Below the pieces are notes generated by a model. It did not search any database and had not been told where the DNA came from. It saw only the letters and a program-made list of their open reading frames with translations. Of a stretch of 62,820 bases of DNA, positions 21,133 to 30,254 are shown in pieces. The translations under genes were made by a program, and so were the position numbers. Every line of letters starts with the position of its first letter. Within the stretch, counting starts at the first letter, position 1. Origin of the DNA: Chloroflexota bacterium (GTDB lineage Bacteria > Chloroflexota > Dehalococcoidia > Lucifugimonadales > UBA826); contig QGNN01000004.1 in NCBI GenBank assembly GCA_003228105.1, positions 1 to 62,820 on the forward strand, in the 5' to 3' direction.

Positions 21133-21207
21133 GAATTTTTCTCCAACTCACTGATTCAATTCATCGATGGTGTTTGATCAGTTATAACTCATATATTAAA
21201 TCAAAAC

Positions 21208-22473
21208 TTATTTCCTGTCCCAATAGCCTTCCTCATATTCATCTGATCTCAAATGATCCTCAGAATCGTGGCTATTTGCCTTATATCTCAACCACCCTAT
21301 TCCGGAAAACAAAAGACCTATCAAGAAAGTCATTGATAATATTAACGAAGTTCCAAAACTACCAATATCAACATTCACTCTATTTTCGAACCGGCCCGAG
21401 AGGCTATCTAACCAATCCGATTGAATTTTTTGTAAATTTAACTTGTATGTTGAGAAAATCGCATCTTCGATCGGCTGGCCTGAATCTAGATGGGTTATTA
21501 GATGCCTTATTTTGTTGTCTCCGTACTCAGAAAACAAGTAGGCCACAAAAGATTCAGAAATCAAATAAAACAATCTCACCTCAGAAGGTTTTCCCGGGAC
21601 GGTTTCCATACTGCGAATATCAAAGATTTGGCCAGATGAATATGCTTGCAGCATTTTTCCCGTTGTCTGGTGGTTGCTCTCAAAGTGCATAGCAATACCT
21701 TCATTAAGCCAAGCCGGCAACCTTGTTGTGGGGGATTTCAATGATTGATCCAATAGCAGGTGGGTGCTTTCATGGATTATCCCGGCTCTAGACAAACCAG
21801 TAACAATGAAAGTGTCGTAATTTGAGAAAGCAAACCCGCCGTAAAGTTCTTCCTTACTTGCTGCGGCACTTATTCTTGGAAATGCTTCATCTGATTCCTG
21901 TCGGTTATTTAAAATAACTCCGGTGATTGGCAGGGGATTAGGTATATTTAATAATTCCGTTAAATGTGAATTCGATTCATTCACATCTTCAATCAAAGAG
22001 TTGATATCGTCCTCATTGTTGTCATGCCAAATCAAAGTCATTTTTTTTGATTTAGTGGATTTCCAATTGATTGATGGGTCCAGGTAGTGGAATTTGATTT
22101 TGGGGGACTGGTACTTTTTGCCTTGGATTGAAGTTAACTCAAACAAATATGTGATTTGCGTCCCCGGTGGAATGTAATGGGGCCCACTGGTTTCTAAGGT
22201 AACTTCTAACTGGATTTTGCCCCCTGAGGCAGGGTCAGCATACTTATAAGATAAAATCTTCGAGCTATTATAGAAATATTCTAACCGAACTTCTAAGAGA
22301 TCTTCATCAGAAAAACCAGATAGGTAAAACTGCACTTTATTGGGATACTCTATTTGGTGATATATGTTGGGTTCGTTAAACCATTCATCAGGTGTTGAGG
22401 CAGACAGTGGTGTTTGGCTCAACCAAAAGAAGCAGCACAACCCTGCCAGCAATACACAAGTAATTAATCTCAA
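21208..22473 (-). CDS. secreted, membrane-anchored peptidase MA-family (gluzincin-like) metalloprotein
   Basis: Signal peptide, HESTH followed by PAWLNEGIA, C-terminal TM helix. Confidence 0.75.
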   Translation of the reverse strand: MRLITCVLLAGLCCFFWLSQTPLSASTPDEWFNEPNIYHQIEYPNKVQFYLSGFSDEDLLEVRLEYFYNSSKILSYKYADPASGGKIQLEVTLETSGPHYIPPGTQITYLFELTSIQGKKYQSPKIKFHYLDPSINWKSTKSKKMTLIWHDNNEDDINSLIEDVNESNSHLTELLNIPNPLPITGVILNNRQESDEAFPRISAAASKEELYGGFAFSNYDTFIVTGLSRAGIIHESTHLLLDQSLKSPTTRLPAWLNEGIAMHFESNHQTTGKMLQAYSSGQIFDIRSMETVPGKPSEVRLFYLISESFVAYLFSEYGDNKIRHLITHLDSGQPIEDAIFSTYKLNLQKIQSDWLDSLSGRFENRVNVDIGSFGTSLILSMTFLIGLLFSGIGWLRYKANSHDSEDHLRSDEYEEGYWDRK

Positions 22474-22508
22474 AAAATCCCTAATGGTTTTAACGAAATC
22501 TTTTACTC

Positions 22509-23162
22509 CTATATGCCAACAATTTTTATAGAAGAATGTGTATTATAAATTTTATTTATATTTATTAAGAATGCAGTAAGCTGTTCTACGTATTTAGCGT
22601 TTTGTAAGTTACCACCATCTATGCTTCTAACACCCGGAATACGTTCCCCAAGCATCATAACCTGCTCTTTTGCTGACTGATTGTTAGAACATACAATAAC
22701 GTCGCATTCCAGGTCTTGGGAAGGTATTAGAAGATCCTCAGCACTCGCATTTTGGAAAGCCCCTACGACTAAGGACTCAGGCAATAATAGCTGAGCCTGC
22801 TCTGCTGCTGATCCTTCCTCTACCGTTATTGCTGAAATAGATCCTTTTTTAAATGACAATGGTGCCACTACATCGACTACTATTTTTCCCTTCAAGTTAT
22901 GTTTCAAGTTTTCCAAGGTAGCTTTGTGGCCGGCATAGGGAGTACATATAACTGATATATCTGAAGCAACTGCGGCTTCCTCATTGGTACCGCCTGCTAC
23001 CATATTACTTCCAATTTCCGTGAATTGTGAACGGATTTCCTCTGCAGCCTCGGCACCTCTTTGTTTTTGTCTTGATCCTATGAAAACACTGAGTCCACTT
23101 ATGGCGAACCGCAACGCCAGACCTCTGCCTTCTGGTCCCGTTCCTCCTATAAATCCTAGCAT
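22509..23162 (-). CDS. npdG: NADPH-dependent F420 reductase
   Basis: GGTGPEGRGLA, IGSR, GSAAE, VGAFQN, INKIY. Confidence 0.9.
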   Translation of the reverse strand: MLGFIGGTGPEGRGLALRFAISGLSVFIGSRQKQRGAEAAEEIRSQFTEIGSNMVAGGTNEEAAVASDISVICTPYAGHKATLENLKHNLKGKIVVDVVAPLSFKKGSISAITVEEGSAAEQAQLLLPESLVVGAFQNASAEDLLIPSQDLECDVIVCSNNQSAKEQVMMLGERIPGVRSIDGGNLQNAKYVEQLTAFLININKIYNTHSSIKIVGI

Positions 23163-23225
23163 CTAGCCACCTGTCCTTACGAAATTTATCGGAATTGTTA
23201 ACATTATGTGTAGCATTTTCCAGGC

Positions 23226-23672
23226 TTATAGTTGTTCGGGTTTGGACCATATTGTTTTGTAGGATGTTCCATTTACTGCGTCTGCTAGCTCCCTGTGCTC
23301 TAGATTTCGGAGTTTTTCTAAAATCTCATTGGCAGAAACACTTGGATCAATGAAGCTTGCCTTTTCTAATTTCTTAACAATCACACTCCAAATCCCACTA
23401 TCGACCAGTGTTTCTAAATATCTTATCCATGGGATCAGGACCATTTTTTCAGGATCGTTAAATCCTGGCCTTAGTTGTTCCATGCTTCGAATCCTTTCTC
23501 TTGGGCTTCTAACCATTTCCGTTAAGATCAGAGCGGGGCCGTCGGTTTCATTGGAACGTATATCGATTAGGACAGTTTTCCCAAAATATGGAAAAAACAG
23601 TGATACGACATCCGCTTCTAGAAGGGTGTTTTTTATTTCCTCGATATCGTCTTGAAAATTATTTCCATTCAC
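23226..23672 (-). CDS. hypothetical protein (148 aa)
   Basis: Co-oriented ORF filling the etfA-npdG gap. Confidence 0.75.
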   Translation of the reverse strand: MNGNNFQDDIEEIKNTLLEADVVSLFFPYFGKTVLIDIRSNETDGPALILTEMVRSPRERIRSMEQLRPGFNDPEKMVLIPWIRYLETLVDSGIWSVIVKKLEKASFIDPSVSANEILEKLRNLEHRELADAVNGTSYKTIWSKPEQL

Positions 23673-23729
23673 AAGCTTTTGCCAGATTTAAGATTCCAGT
23701 ATTCAAACAGATCTAAATGTTAATTGTTG

Positions 23730-24719
23730 CTAAGACTCAAGTAATTCTCTTGCTGTTTCAGTGAAGGCCGGCAATACTTTCTCCCAATCGCCTACCACCC
23801 CAAAGCTCGCTTCTTTAAAAATATTGGCATCACCGTCTTTATTTATTGCTACTATATTTTTGGATGAAGAGCAACCAGCCATATGCTGACTAGCGCCAGA
23901 TATGCCGACTGTTATGTAAACGTCAGGTGTGACAGTTTTCCCTGTTAATCCAATTTGGTAAGAGTGGTCTAACCAACCGGCATCGCAGACCGCCCTAGAA
24001 GCTCCGACGGCACCGTTGAAAATCTTAGCTAATTCCTCAAGTTGCGAGAAGGGTGCTGGGCCACCTAGCCCACGTCCCATTCCTACTATCACTGCTGCAT
24101 CTTCAAGGCGAACCCCTTCAGATTCCTCTTTGACTGTTTCAACCAATTTAGATTTAATATCAGAGTCATCCAACGATAATTCGAACTCAATCACCTCTCC
24201 ACTCCTTGAAGAGTCGGGTTCCAGTGCTTCGAATGCTTTCAATCTCATAATGACGACCTGAGGGTCCTTATCTGCAAAAGTAAACTTAGCCATGGCATTT
24301 CCACCATAGACGGGTCTGGTGGCTGTGACTCTTCCAGAATCACCGTCTACAGAAACATCCATGCAGTCCTGAGCGATTCCGGACCCAAGCCTATATGCCA
24401 ACCTTGGCCCTACAGCCCGCCCAATAGGTGTTTTAGAGGTGATAACCACTGTAGGTTCAGCATTAATGCATATTTTGTGTAGAGCTGCCAAGTAGGCATC
24501 TGCCACACCTTTTTGGATAGCATCATCGTTGGCTAGATATACCTTGTCAGCACCCAATGAGATCAATTGAGAAGCTAAATCTTGATTGCCTCCAATTAAA
24601 GCTGCAGAGACGACGTTGCCTGTATCGGCCGCTAATTTCTTTCCGGCTGATATCAGCTCGCCGGCCGTTGAGTGCAGGCCGTCACCGTCTATTTCGGCAA
24701 ATATGATTATTTCTGACAT
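23730..24719 (-). CDS. etfA: electron transfer flavoprotein alpha subunit
   Basis: RPVYGG, VGASRAVCD, QIGLTGK, GISGASQH. Confidence 0.95.
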   Translation of the reverse strand: MSEIIIFAEIDGDGLHSTAGELISAGKKLAADTGNVVSAALIGGNQDLASQLISLGADKVYLANDDAIQKGVADAYLAALHKICINAEPTVVITSKTPIGRAVGPRLAYRLGSGIAQDCMDVSVDGDSGRVTATRPVYGGNAMAKFTFADKDPQVVIMRLKAFEALEPDSSRSGEVIEFELSLDDSDIKSKLVETVKEESEGVRLEDAAVIVGMGRGLGGPAPFSQLEELAKIFNGAVGASRAVCDAGWLDHSYQIGLTGKTVTPDVYITVGISGASQHMAGCSSSKNIVAINKDGDANIFKEASFGVVGDWEKVLPAFTETARELLES

Positions 24720-24757
24720 AGTAGGAACTCCGTGTTAATTATGAAAAATCCTGATAG

Positions 24758-25558
24758 TTATATTATTTTCTCTTCGCGTAGTTTAAGTGCTAGTAATCTT
24801 CCAGAGTCAGCGTCATCTTCCCCTTCTATAATTTCACATTGCCTATTGCTAGCAGGTATGAAAAGTTCAGATAGGGTCAAAACTGGAGATACATCTGACT
24901 CCGAGAGATCTAGGTCATTCAAAGTCCATGTTTCGGGGCTCTTTCTGCTTGCTTGCATGATTCCCCTTAAGGTGGGGTATCTTGGTTCACCTATTTCATT
25001 ACTGACCGTAATGAGACATGGTAAAGGGGCCTCAAACACGTCATATCCGTCTGAACGGGAGCTAGCTACAGTGACGGTTCCGTCACCCAGGTCTATGCTT
25101 CTAGCCTCTGATAGGCAGGCCATTCCTAGCATTTCTGAAATTCCCAGAGGTACGTGAGCATTGTCCCAATCCGATGCTTGTTGTCCGCAAATGACAATAT
25201 CTACCGTTCCTATTTTCTCAATAGCCTTTGAAAGTACAGTTGCAGTACCTAACGCATCCAGATTTTCAGCAGCTGGGTCTTGAATTAGAATCATCTGGTC
25301 AGCACCCATGGATAGGGGTTTTTTCATAACATCCATCACAAAATTGTTTCCTAAGGATATTATGGTGATAGTGGCATCACCAGCCGCCTCTTTTATTTTC
25401 AAAGCCGCTTCTACCGCGTTTTCACAGAAACCGTTAACTACAGGTGGAATGCCCTGGGCTGGGAGAACTCTCTTAGCTGCCTCATCAACGTGAAAGGCAG
25501 ATAGTGGGGTTTCTGGATCCATTACCTGTTTGGCACAGACAATGATGTTTAAAGACAT
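24758..25558 (-). CDS. etfB: electron transfer flavoprotein beta subunit
   Basis: IVCAKQV.DP, AVEAAL, GQQASD, PRYPTLRGIM. Confidence 0.95.
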   Translation of the reverse strand: MSLNIIVCAKQVMDPETPLSAFHVDEAAKRVLPAQGIPPVVNGFCENAVEAALKIKEAAGDATITIISLGNNFVMDVMKKPLSMGADQMILIQDPAAENLDALGTATVLSKAIEKIGTVDIVICGQQASDWDNAHVPLGISEMLGMACLSEARSIDLGDGTVTVASSRSDGYDVFEAPLPCLITVSNEIGEPRYPTLRGIMQASRKSPETWTLNDLDLSESDVSPVLTLSELFIPASNRQCEIIEGEDDADSGRLLALKLREEKII

Positions 25559-25951
25559 GGCTTACTCCAAATTATCAAGATCAAATTATTTGTCTAATGT
25601 GATTATACGTAGCCCTTACTGAAAGAGCCAAACTGACCCAATATCGCGACACTTAAAAATTAAGGCTCAATTTTAGTTGTATTTCAGATTTCACCCTCAA
25701 AATTTTTGTGCTTGTAAATACAAAAGGGAAGGAACAAAAAAATAGGTTAAGAAAATAGAATCCAATTTTTTCCTATATCACACCACAAATCCATTCAATT
25801 AAAACAAAATTAAACAAAAATTTAGATACAAACACTTGACTTTTTTTATATAAGTATAAGAAAATACCTAACAATAATTTAGAAACATGTTGAAACAGAT
25901 GATTCCCTCTGCCTGTTTTAACAAAAAATCTGGAGACCCAACTAAATAGCA

Positions 25952-25979
25952 GCATGTATTAGTTTTTAGAAATACATGC
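25952..25979 (+). promoter_or_regulatory. 9-bp inverted repeat just upstream of the RBS of the Zn-ribbon gene
   Basis: GCATGTATT-N10-AATACATGC. Confidence 0.45.
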
Positions 25980-25997
25980 CGATGAGAGGTATTAAAT

Positions 25998-26489
25998 ATG
26001 GTGATACAAACAACTAACCCTTTTGCTCCCGCAAAACCAAGAGTCCCTCTTGTACCGAGAAGATTGCAACCCGTACCTGATCCTGTCGAGATAGCAAAAC
26101 AAAATAAGACTCACTGTCCTAAATGTACCTCCTTGTTGCGTGTAAATTATCAGGATGCAGAATGTCTTAATTGTGGTTTTGTAGACTACGATTACGTTCC
26201 CCCTGAACAAGAGAAAAAAGGGAATACTCTAATAGGCACTGGAACCCGGTACGTGATCCGCTATATGGGTGAGTTTGACGCTCTCGGTGATGTTGTGACC
26301 CATGTTAAAGTTTATCGGGTTAGGAACCGAGTAATGTATGGTGTCAGTTGTCCGTTTTGTGGGTCTGGCATGGCTCAATCTTCACTTTCAGGGAAACGTA
26401 GGGAAGTTAGGGAAGAGAGATACAAATGTAATTCGGGTCACAGAGTGTCTTTATGTCCTAATGGTAAAGGCGACATCGGATGGAAATAG
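25998..26489 (+). CDS. hypothetical double zinc-ribbon protein
   Basis: CPKC-x12-CLNC and CPFC-x22-CxxxH; GAGAGG RBS; terminator-like hairpin downstream. Confidence 0.8.
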   Translation: MVIQTTNPFAPAKPRVPLVPRRLQPVPDPVEIAKQNKTHCPKCTSLLRVNYQDAECLNCGFVDYDYVPPEQEKKGNTLIGTGTRYVIRYMGEFDALGDVVTHVKVYRVRNRVMYGVSCPFCGSGMAQSSLSGKRREVREERYKCNSGHRVSLCPNGKGDIGWK

Positions 26490-26511
26490 AGTAACTATTT
26501 TTCAATAATCG

Positions 26512-26547
26512 AAAAAGCCCCCCCCGTTTCAAGGGAAGGCTTTTTTT
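26512..26547 (+). terminator. probable intrinsic terminator (imperfect stem)
   Basis: AAAAAGCCCCCCCC-loop-GGGAAGGC followed by T7. Confidence 0.6.
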
Positions 26548-26599
26548 GTTGATATAGTTGGATAAGATTTTCCAATAATTTAATGCTCCATGTTTGGTT

Positions 26600-27463
26600 A
26601 TGAAATCTGTTTTAGAAGCCATTAATGAAAAAGGGCAAAAACCTTTTTTTATATGTGATTTTTCTCCTCCTAAAGGAGGAAATCCAGATTTACTATTAGA
26701 ATCCTATGACCTTAATCCTGATATGTTTATGGTGGCTTATGCTCCTGGTAAATCAGTCAGGCTGAATCCTATATTTGCCGCGGATTGGATTTACTCAAAA
26801 ACGAAGATTCCATCTATTTTCACCGTCTCCACCCGAGATATGAATAAAAGTGCGATGCAGAGTCTCTTATTAGGAGCTGAATTGATGGGACTACCCAATG
26901 TTTTAATAGTCAAAGGGGATAAACTCACTGCTGAGGATATGTATTTACAAACTGAAGTGAACGACTTCATTCCTACGGAACTGGTATCAGCTGTAAAAAG
27001 AATGAATGAACGCCGCGATTTTCGAGGGAATGAATTAACTTACCCGACGCGATTTTGCATTGGCGCGGCTCTGGATCTTTCGAGAGATTGGGAAAAAGAA
27101 TCTCATTTGACTAAGTTAAAAATAACTAGAGGCTGCAATTTTATTGTTTCACAACCAACTTTCGATCCTGAATTGCCCTCTAAATTCCTTTCTTTTTATG
27201 AAAATACAATTGGAGAGAAATTGAAAATTCCGGTTATCTGGGGTATTCAGATGGTAGAAAAAGATACTATTTCCTTTGCGAATGTTCCGAGATGGGTGCA
27301 CCAAAACCTGGAAGAAGGAGGCTCTTCATATGAAATTACAATCGATTTGGTAAAAAGATACTTAGAGCTTGGTATTGGTACCTTTTATCTTATCCCAACA
27401 ATCTTTAAAGGTGGGAGAAGAGATTATTTGTCAGCACAGGCGGTGATAGAAGATATTGAATAA
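26600..27463 (+). CDS. methylenetetrahydrofolate reductase family protein (divergent)
   Basis: DFSPPK, RDMN..QSLLLGA..G..NVLIVKGD, FIVSQP.FD. Confidence 0.75.
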   Translation: MKSVLEAINEKGQKPFFICDFSPPKGGNPDLLLESYDLNPDMFMVAYAPGKSVRLNPIFAADWIYSKTKIPSIFTVSTRDMNKSAMQSLLLGAELMGLPNVLIVKGDKLTAEDMYLQTEVNDFIPTELVSAVKRMNERRDFRGNELTYPTRFCIGAALDLSRDWEKESHLTKLKITRGCNFIVSQPTFDPELPSKFLSFYENTIGEKLKIPVIWGIQMVEKDTISFANVPRWVHQNLEEGGSSYEITIDLVKRYLELGIGTFYLIPTIFKGGRRDYLSAQAVIEDIE

Positions 27464-27523
27464 TCTATTCTTTTATGAATGTTGCTATACTTATATTAGG
27501 AGCATTAGTTAGACGAAACGTCG

Positions 27524-27552
27524 TTGACCTTCACCCTACCTCATTTTATAAT
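27524..27552 (+). promoter_or_regulatory. sigma70-type promoter for the microprotein pair
   Basis: TTGACC-17 nt-TATAAT. Confidence 0.75.
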
Positions 27553-27590
27553 TCGGCCTTGTTATCTATATTACTAAAGAGGTGAACATT

Positions 27591-27707
27591 TTGGCTAACG
27601 AGACAGGTAAGCGTTATTCTTGTGGAAAATGTGGATCAGAATTTGTTGTCACAAGAGGTGCAGATGGCACTGTTTCTTGTTGTGGCGAGCCGATGTCTCA
27701 AAAGTAG
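27591..27707 (+). CDS. desulforedoxin-like microprotein A (38 aa)
   Basis: Manually translated: MANETGKRYSCGKCGSEFVVTRGADGTVSCCGEPMSQK; CxxC-x15-CC-GEPM; GAGGTG RBS with TTG start. Confidence 0.85.
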   Translation: MANETGKRYSCGKCGSEFVVTRGADGTVSCCGEPMSQK

Positions 27708-27751
27708 TGAATTATCTGCTTATAAATATATAATTTTGAGGGATTTGATAA

Positions 27752-27895
27752 ATGTCTAATCAACTTGGTAGGCGATACCAATGCGACGGGTGTGGAACCA
27801 CTGTTCTATGTACTAAAGCCGGGGAAGGGATTATTCAATGTTGTGATCTAGATTTGGAGCTTCAACAACCTAGAAAACTGCCTTCATCAGACTGA
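27752..27895 (+). CDS. desulforedoxin-like microprotein B (47 aa)
   Basis: Manually translated: MSNQLGRRYQCDGCGTTVLCTKAGEGIIQCCDLDLELQQPRKLPSSD; CxxC-x15-CC; GAGG RBS. Confidence 0.85.
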   Translation: MSNQLGRRYQCDGCGTTVLCTKAGEGIIQCCDLDLELQQPRKLPSSD

Positions 27896-27937
27896 TTATT
27901 AGTTTTACGTCCTAGTAGGCGGATCTTAATTCACCTG

Positions 27938-28822
27938 TTACCCGACAGGAAATTTTTTTGAGTAGGCAGCACTGTGTTGTTCGTCTGCATGGTATGAGCT
28001 TCTAACCAGTGGTCCAGACGCCACATGTTTAAATCCCATTTCCATTCCGATTTTCCCCAATTCTGTAAATTCTTCCGGCGTATACCATTTCGAGATAGGA
28101 GCATGCTTTTGGGAAGGTCTTAGGTATTGCCCGATTGTAAGTAGGTCGCATCTATGTTGGAGCAAGTCCTTCATAGTACTTATAATCTCTGTTTTCGTTT
28201 CTCCAAGGCCTACCATCATTCCTGACTTGGTAACCCCACCTGGCATTAAGTCCTTAACTTTGTCCAACAATCGCAAAGACAGTTCATAGTTGCCTTTGGC
28301 GCGTACTCTGGGGAATATTCTTTTTACGGTTTCTATATTGTGATTGAAGGTTTCTGGATTTGCGTCGGTCACAACTTTTAATGATTTCCAATCACCCTGG
28401 AAATCGGGTGTTAAAACCTCAACCTTACATGTGGGGACTTTTTTCTTTATTTGCTTAATGCATTGAGCAAATATGAATGATCCTCCATCTGGTAAATCAT
28501 CTCGGTTCACTGAGGTAATAACTGCATACTTCAGGCCAAGAATTTTTACAGTGTTGGCTAATCTTTTCGGCTCCTCAAGGTCGAGATTGATCGGGCGTCC
28601 TGTGGTTACAGCACAATATGTACACGCTCTGGTACAAATGTCTCCTAATATCATGAAAGTAGCTGTTTCTTTTTCCCAACATTCCCCTATATTGGGACAC
28701 CTAGCTTCTTCGCAAACCGTATGAAGACCTTGAGTTTTAATTAAATTTTGCAAGTTAGAATAGTTTTGTCCACTAGGCATCTTGACTTTAAGCCACGCGG
28801 GTAACCGTCTTTCGGTACTCAT
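27938..28822 (-). CDS. lipA: lipoyl synthase
   Basis: CEEARCPNIGEC, CTRACTYC, VRSSY. Confidence 0.97.
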   Translation of the reverse strand: MSTERRLPAWLKVKMPSGQNYSNLQNLIKTQGLHTVCEEARCPNIGECWEKETATFMILGDICTRACTYCAVTTGRPINLDLEEPKRLANTVKILGLKYAVITSVNRDDLPDGGSFIFAQCIKQIKKKVPTCKVEVLTPDFQGDWKSLKVVTDANPETFNHNIETVKRIFPRVRAKGNYELSLRLLDKVKDLMPGGVTKSGMMVGLGETKTEIISTMKDLLQHRCDLLTIGQYLRPSQKHAPISKWYTPEEFTELGKIGMEMGFKHVASGPLVRSSYHADEQHSAAYSKKFPVG

Positions 28823-28966
28823 TGATGGGAGACTCCACTATTTCATTAACCGTCCTACATACATAGATTCATGATAGCAGACGTAACTGAAAATCACTTT
28901 ATGCCCTTTACAGTTTTGGTGTTTCAAGAGACTATCAAATCACAAATATAAATCGTTGAGGGTTGA

Positions 28967-30208
28967 ATGGTTGATTCAGATAGATTAGTAACGTACGACG
29001 GAGATCCTTTGAGAGATCTTGATCTTCAAAAGGAATTTGCAAAATTACGGCTTCTTTCAATGGGAGTCTTTGGGGACACTGTAGCCGATTTTGAAGACGG
29101 ACCCATTCAAGTTTTTGGAGGCATCGTTGGTGAAGTTGTGAAGGCTCGTATTTATAGGTACAAGAGGCGCGGTAAAAACAAGATCCATGCAATGGTCTCT
29201 GAAGTCATAGAAGCCTCTCCTCACCGAGTCAATAATCCTTGTCCTTATTTTGGCCCATGCAGTGGATGCCAGTGGCAGCATGTATCCTATGATCATCAGC
29301 TGGAACTGAAAAGAGATATGGTTAGGCGTTTTTTTGCAGACTATGCCTCTCTTTCCAATATGCATGTGTCTAAAACCCATGCAGCTCCAGATGATTTAAA
29401 TTATCGCAATCATGCCAGATTTACTGTTCGATTTGGAGGCCAGCTTGGATTTTCCAACCGGATAACCAGAAGATTCGTCAGAATTGATGAATGTATGTTG
29501 ATGGATTCGAAAATCAACGGCTTTTTATCCCAGTTGCAAGACAATGCTTCAGAGACGACCAATTTATCTATAAGAGTTGGTACTAATACTGGAGATTATC
29601 TAGTTCAGCCTGAATTATCGGAAGCAGACATAGATTTTCAAACAGGACAAAAATGGTATGTAGAAAATATGTTGAATAGGGAATTTAGGGTTGCATCTCC
29701 ATCCTTTTTCCAAGTAAACACCAAACAAGCGGAGTTCATGATAAATCTTGTTAGAGATAAATTAAGGCTAAACGGGAACGAAACCCTTGTTGATGCATAC
29801 GCCGGGGTTGGTGTTTTTGCCTCATTATTATCGAACAAAGTAAGAAAAGTGATTGCAGTGGAAGAGTCTCAAGCCGCTGTTAAAGATGCATTGTTTGGGT
29901 TAAACGACTTGGATAATGTTCATTATATTCAGGGTAAAACCGAAGAGGTATTGGAAGAATTAAAAGAGGAAATAGATGTAATTATTTTGGACCCACCAAG
30001 AACTGGATGCCATCCACAAGCGGTAGCTTCGGTTATTTCCTCCAAGGCAAATAAAATTGCTTATGTGTCTTGTGATCCAGCTTCTTTAGCCCGAGATTTG
30101 GATATTCTGGTACAAGGAGGGTATCAAATCGACAGCGTAGACCCTATAGATATGTTTCCTCAGACATACCATACTGAGTGTGTTACCACTTTGTCTCTGA
30201 ATAATTAA
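28967..30208 (+). CDS. rlmD: 23S rRNA (uracil-C5)-methyltransferase, RlmD/TrmA family
   Basis: CPYFGPCSGCQWQH, SFFQVN, LDPPR, YVSCDP, DMFPQTYHTE. Confidence 0.85.
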   Translation: MVDSDRLVTYDGDPLRDLDLQKEFAKLRLLSMGVFGDTVADFEDGPIQVFGGIVGEVVKARIYRYKRRGKNKIHAMVSEVIEASPHRVNNPCPYFGPCSGCQWQHVSYDHQLELKRDMVRRFFADYASLSNMHVSKTHAAPDDLNYRNHARFTVRFGGQLGFSNRITRRFVRIDECMLMDSKINGFLSQLQDNASETTNLSIRVGTNTGDYLVQPELSEADIDFQTGQKWYVENMLNREFRVASPSFFQVNTKQAEFMINLVRDKLRLNGNETLVDAYAGVGVFASLLSNKVRKVIAVEESQAAVKDALFGLNDLDNVHYIQGKTEEVLEELKEEIDVIILDPPRTGCHPQAVASVISSKANKIAYVSCDPASLARDLDILVQGGYQIDSVDPIDMFPQTYHTECVTTLSLNN

Positions 30209-30254
30209 GCCGTAATAAATTCTTGTAATTTGATTTCCTATAGGCCTATATCGA

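Noticed and set aside
21126-21692. 188-aa plus-strand ORF
   Set aside because: Antisense to the peptidase gene with no motif; a shadow ORF
25559-25997. Replication origin
   Set aside because: AT-rich, but I found no cluster of TTATCCACA-type DnaA boxes and there is no dnaA/dnaN nearby
25998-26489. MetV (Cys-rich MetF partner)
   Set aside because: The Cys pattern is two zinc ribbons without a GPCGG-type motif, and a terminator separates it from the metF-like gene
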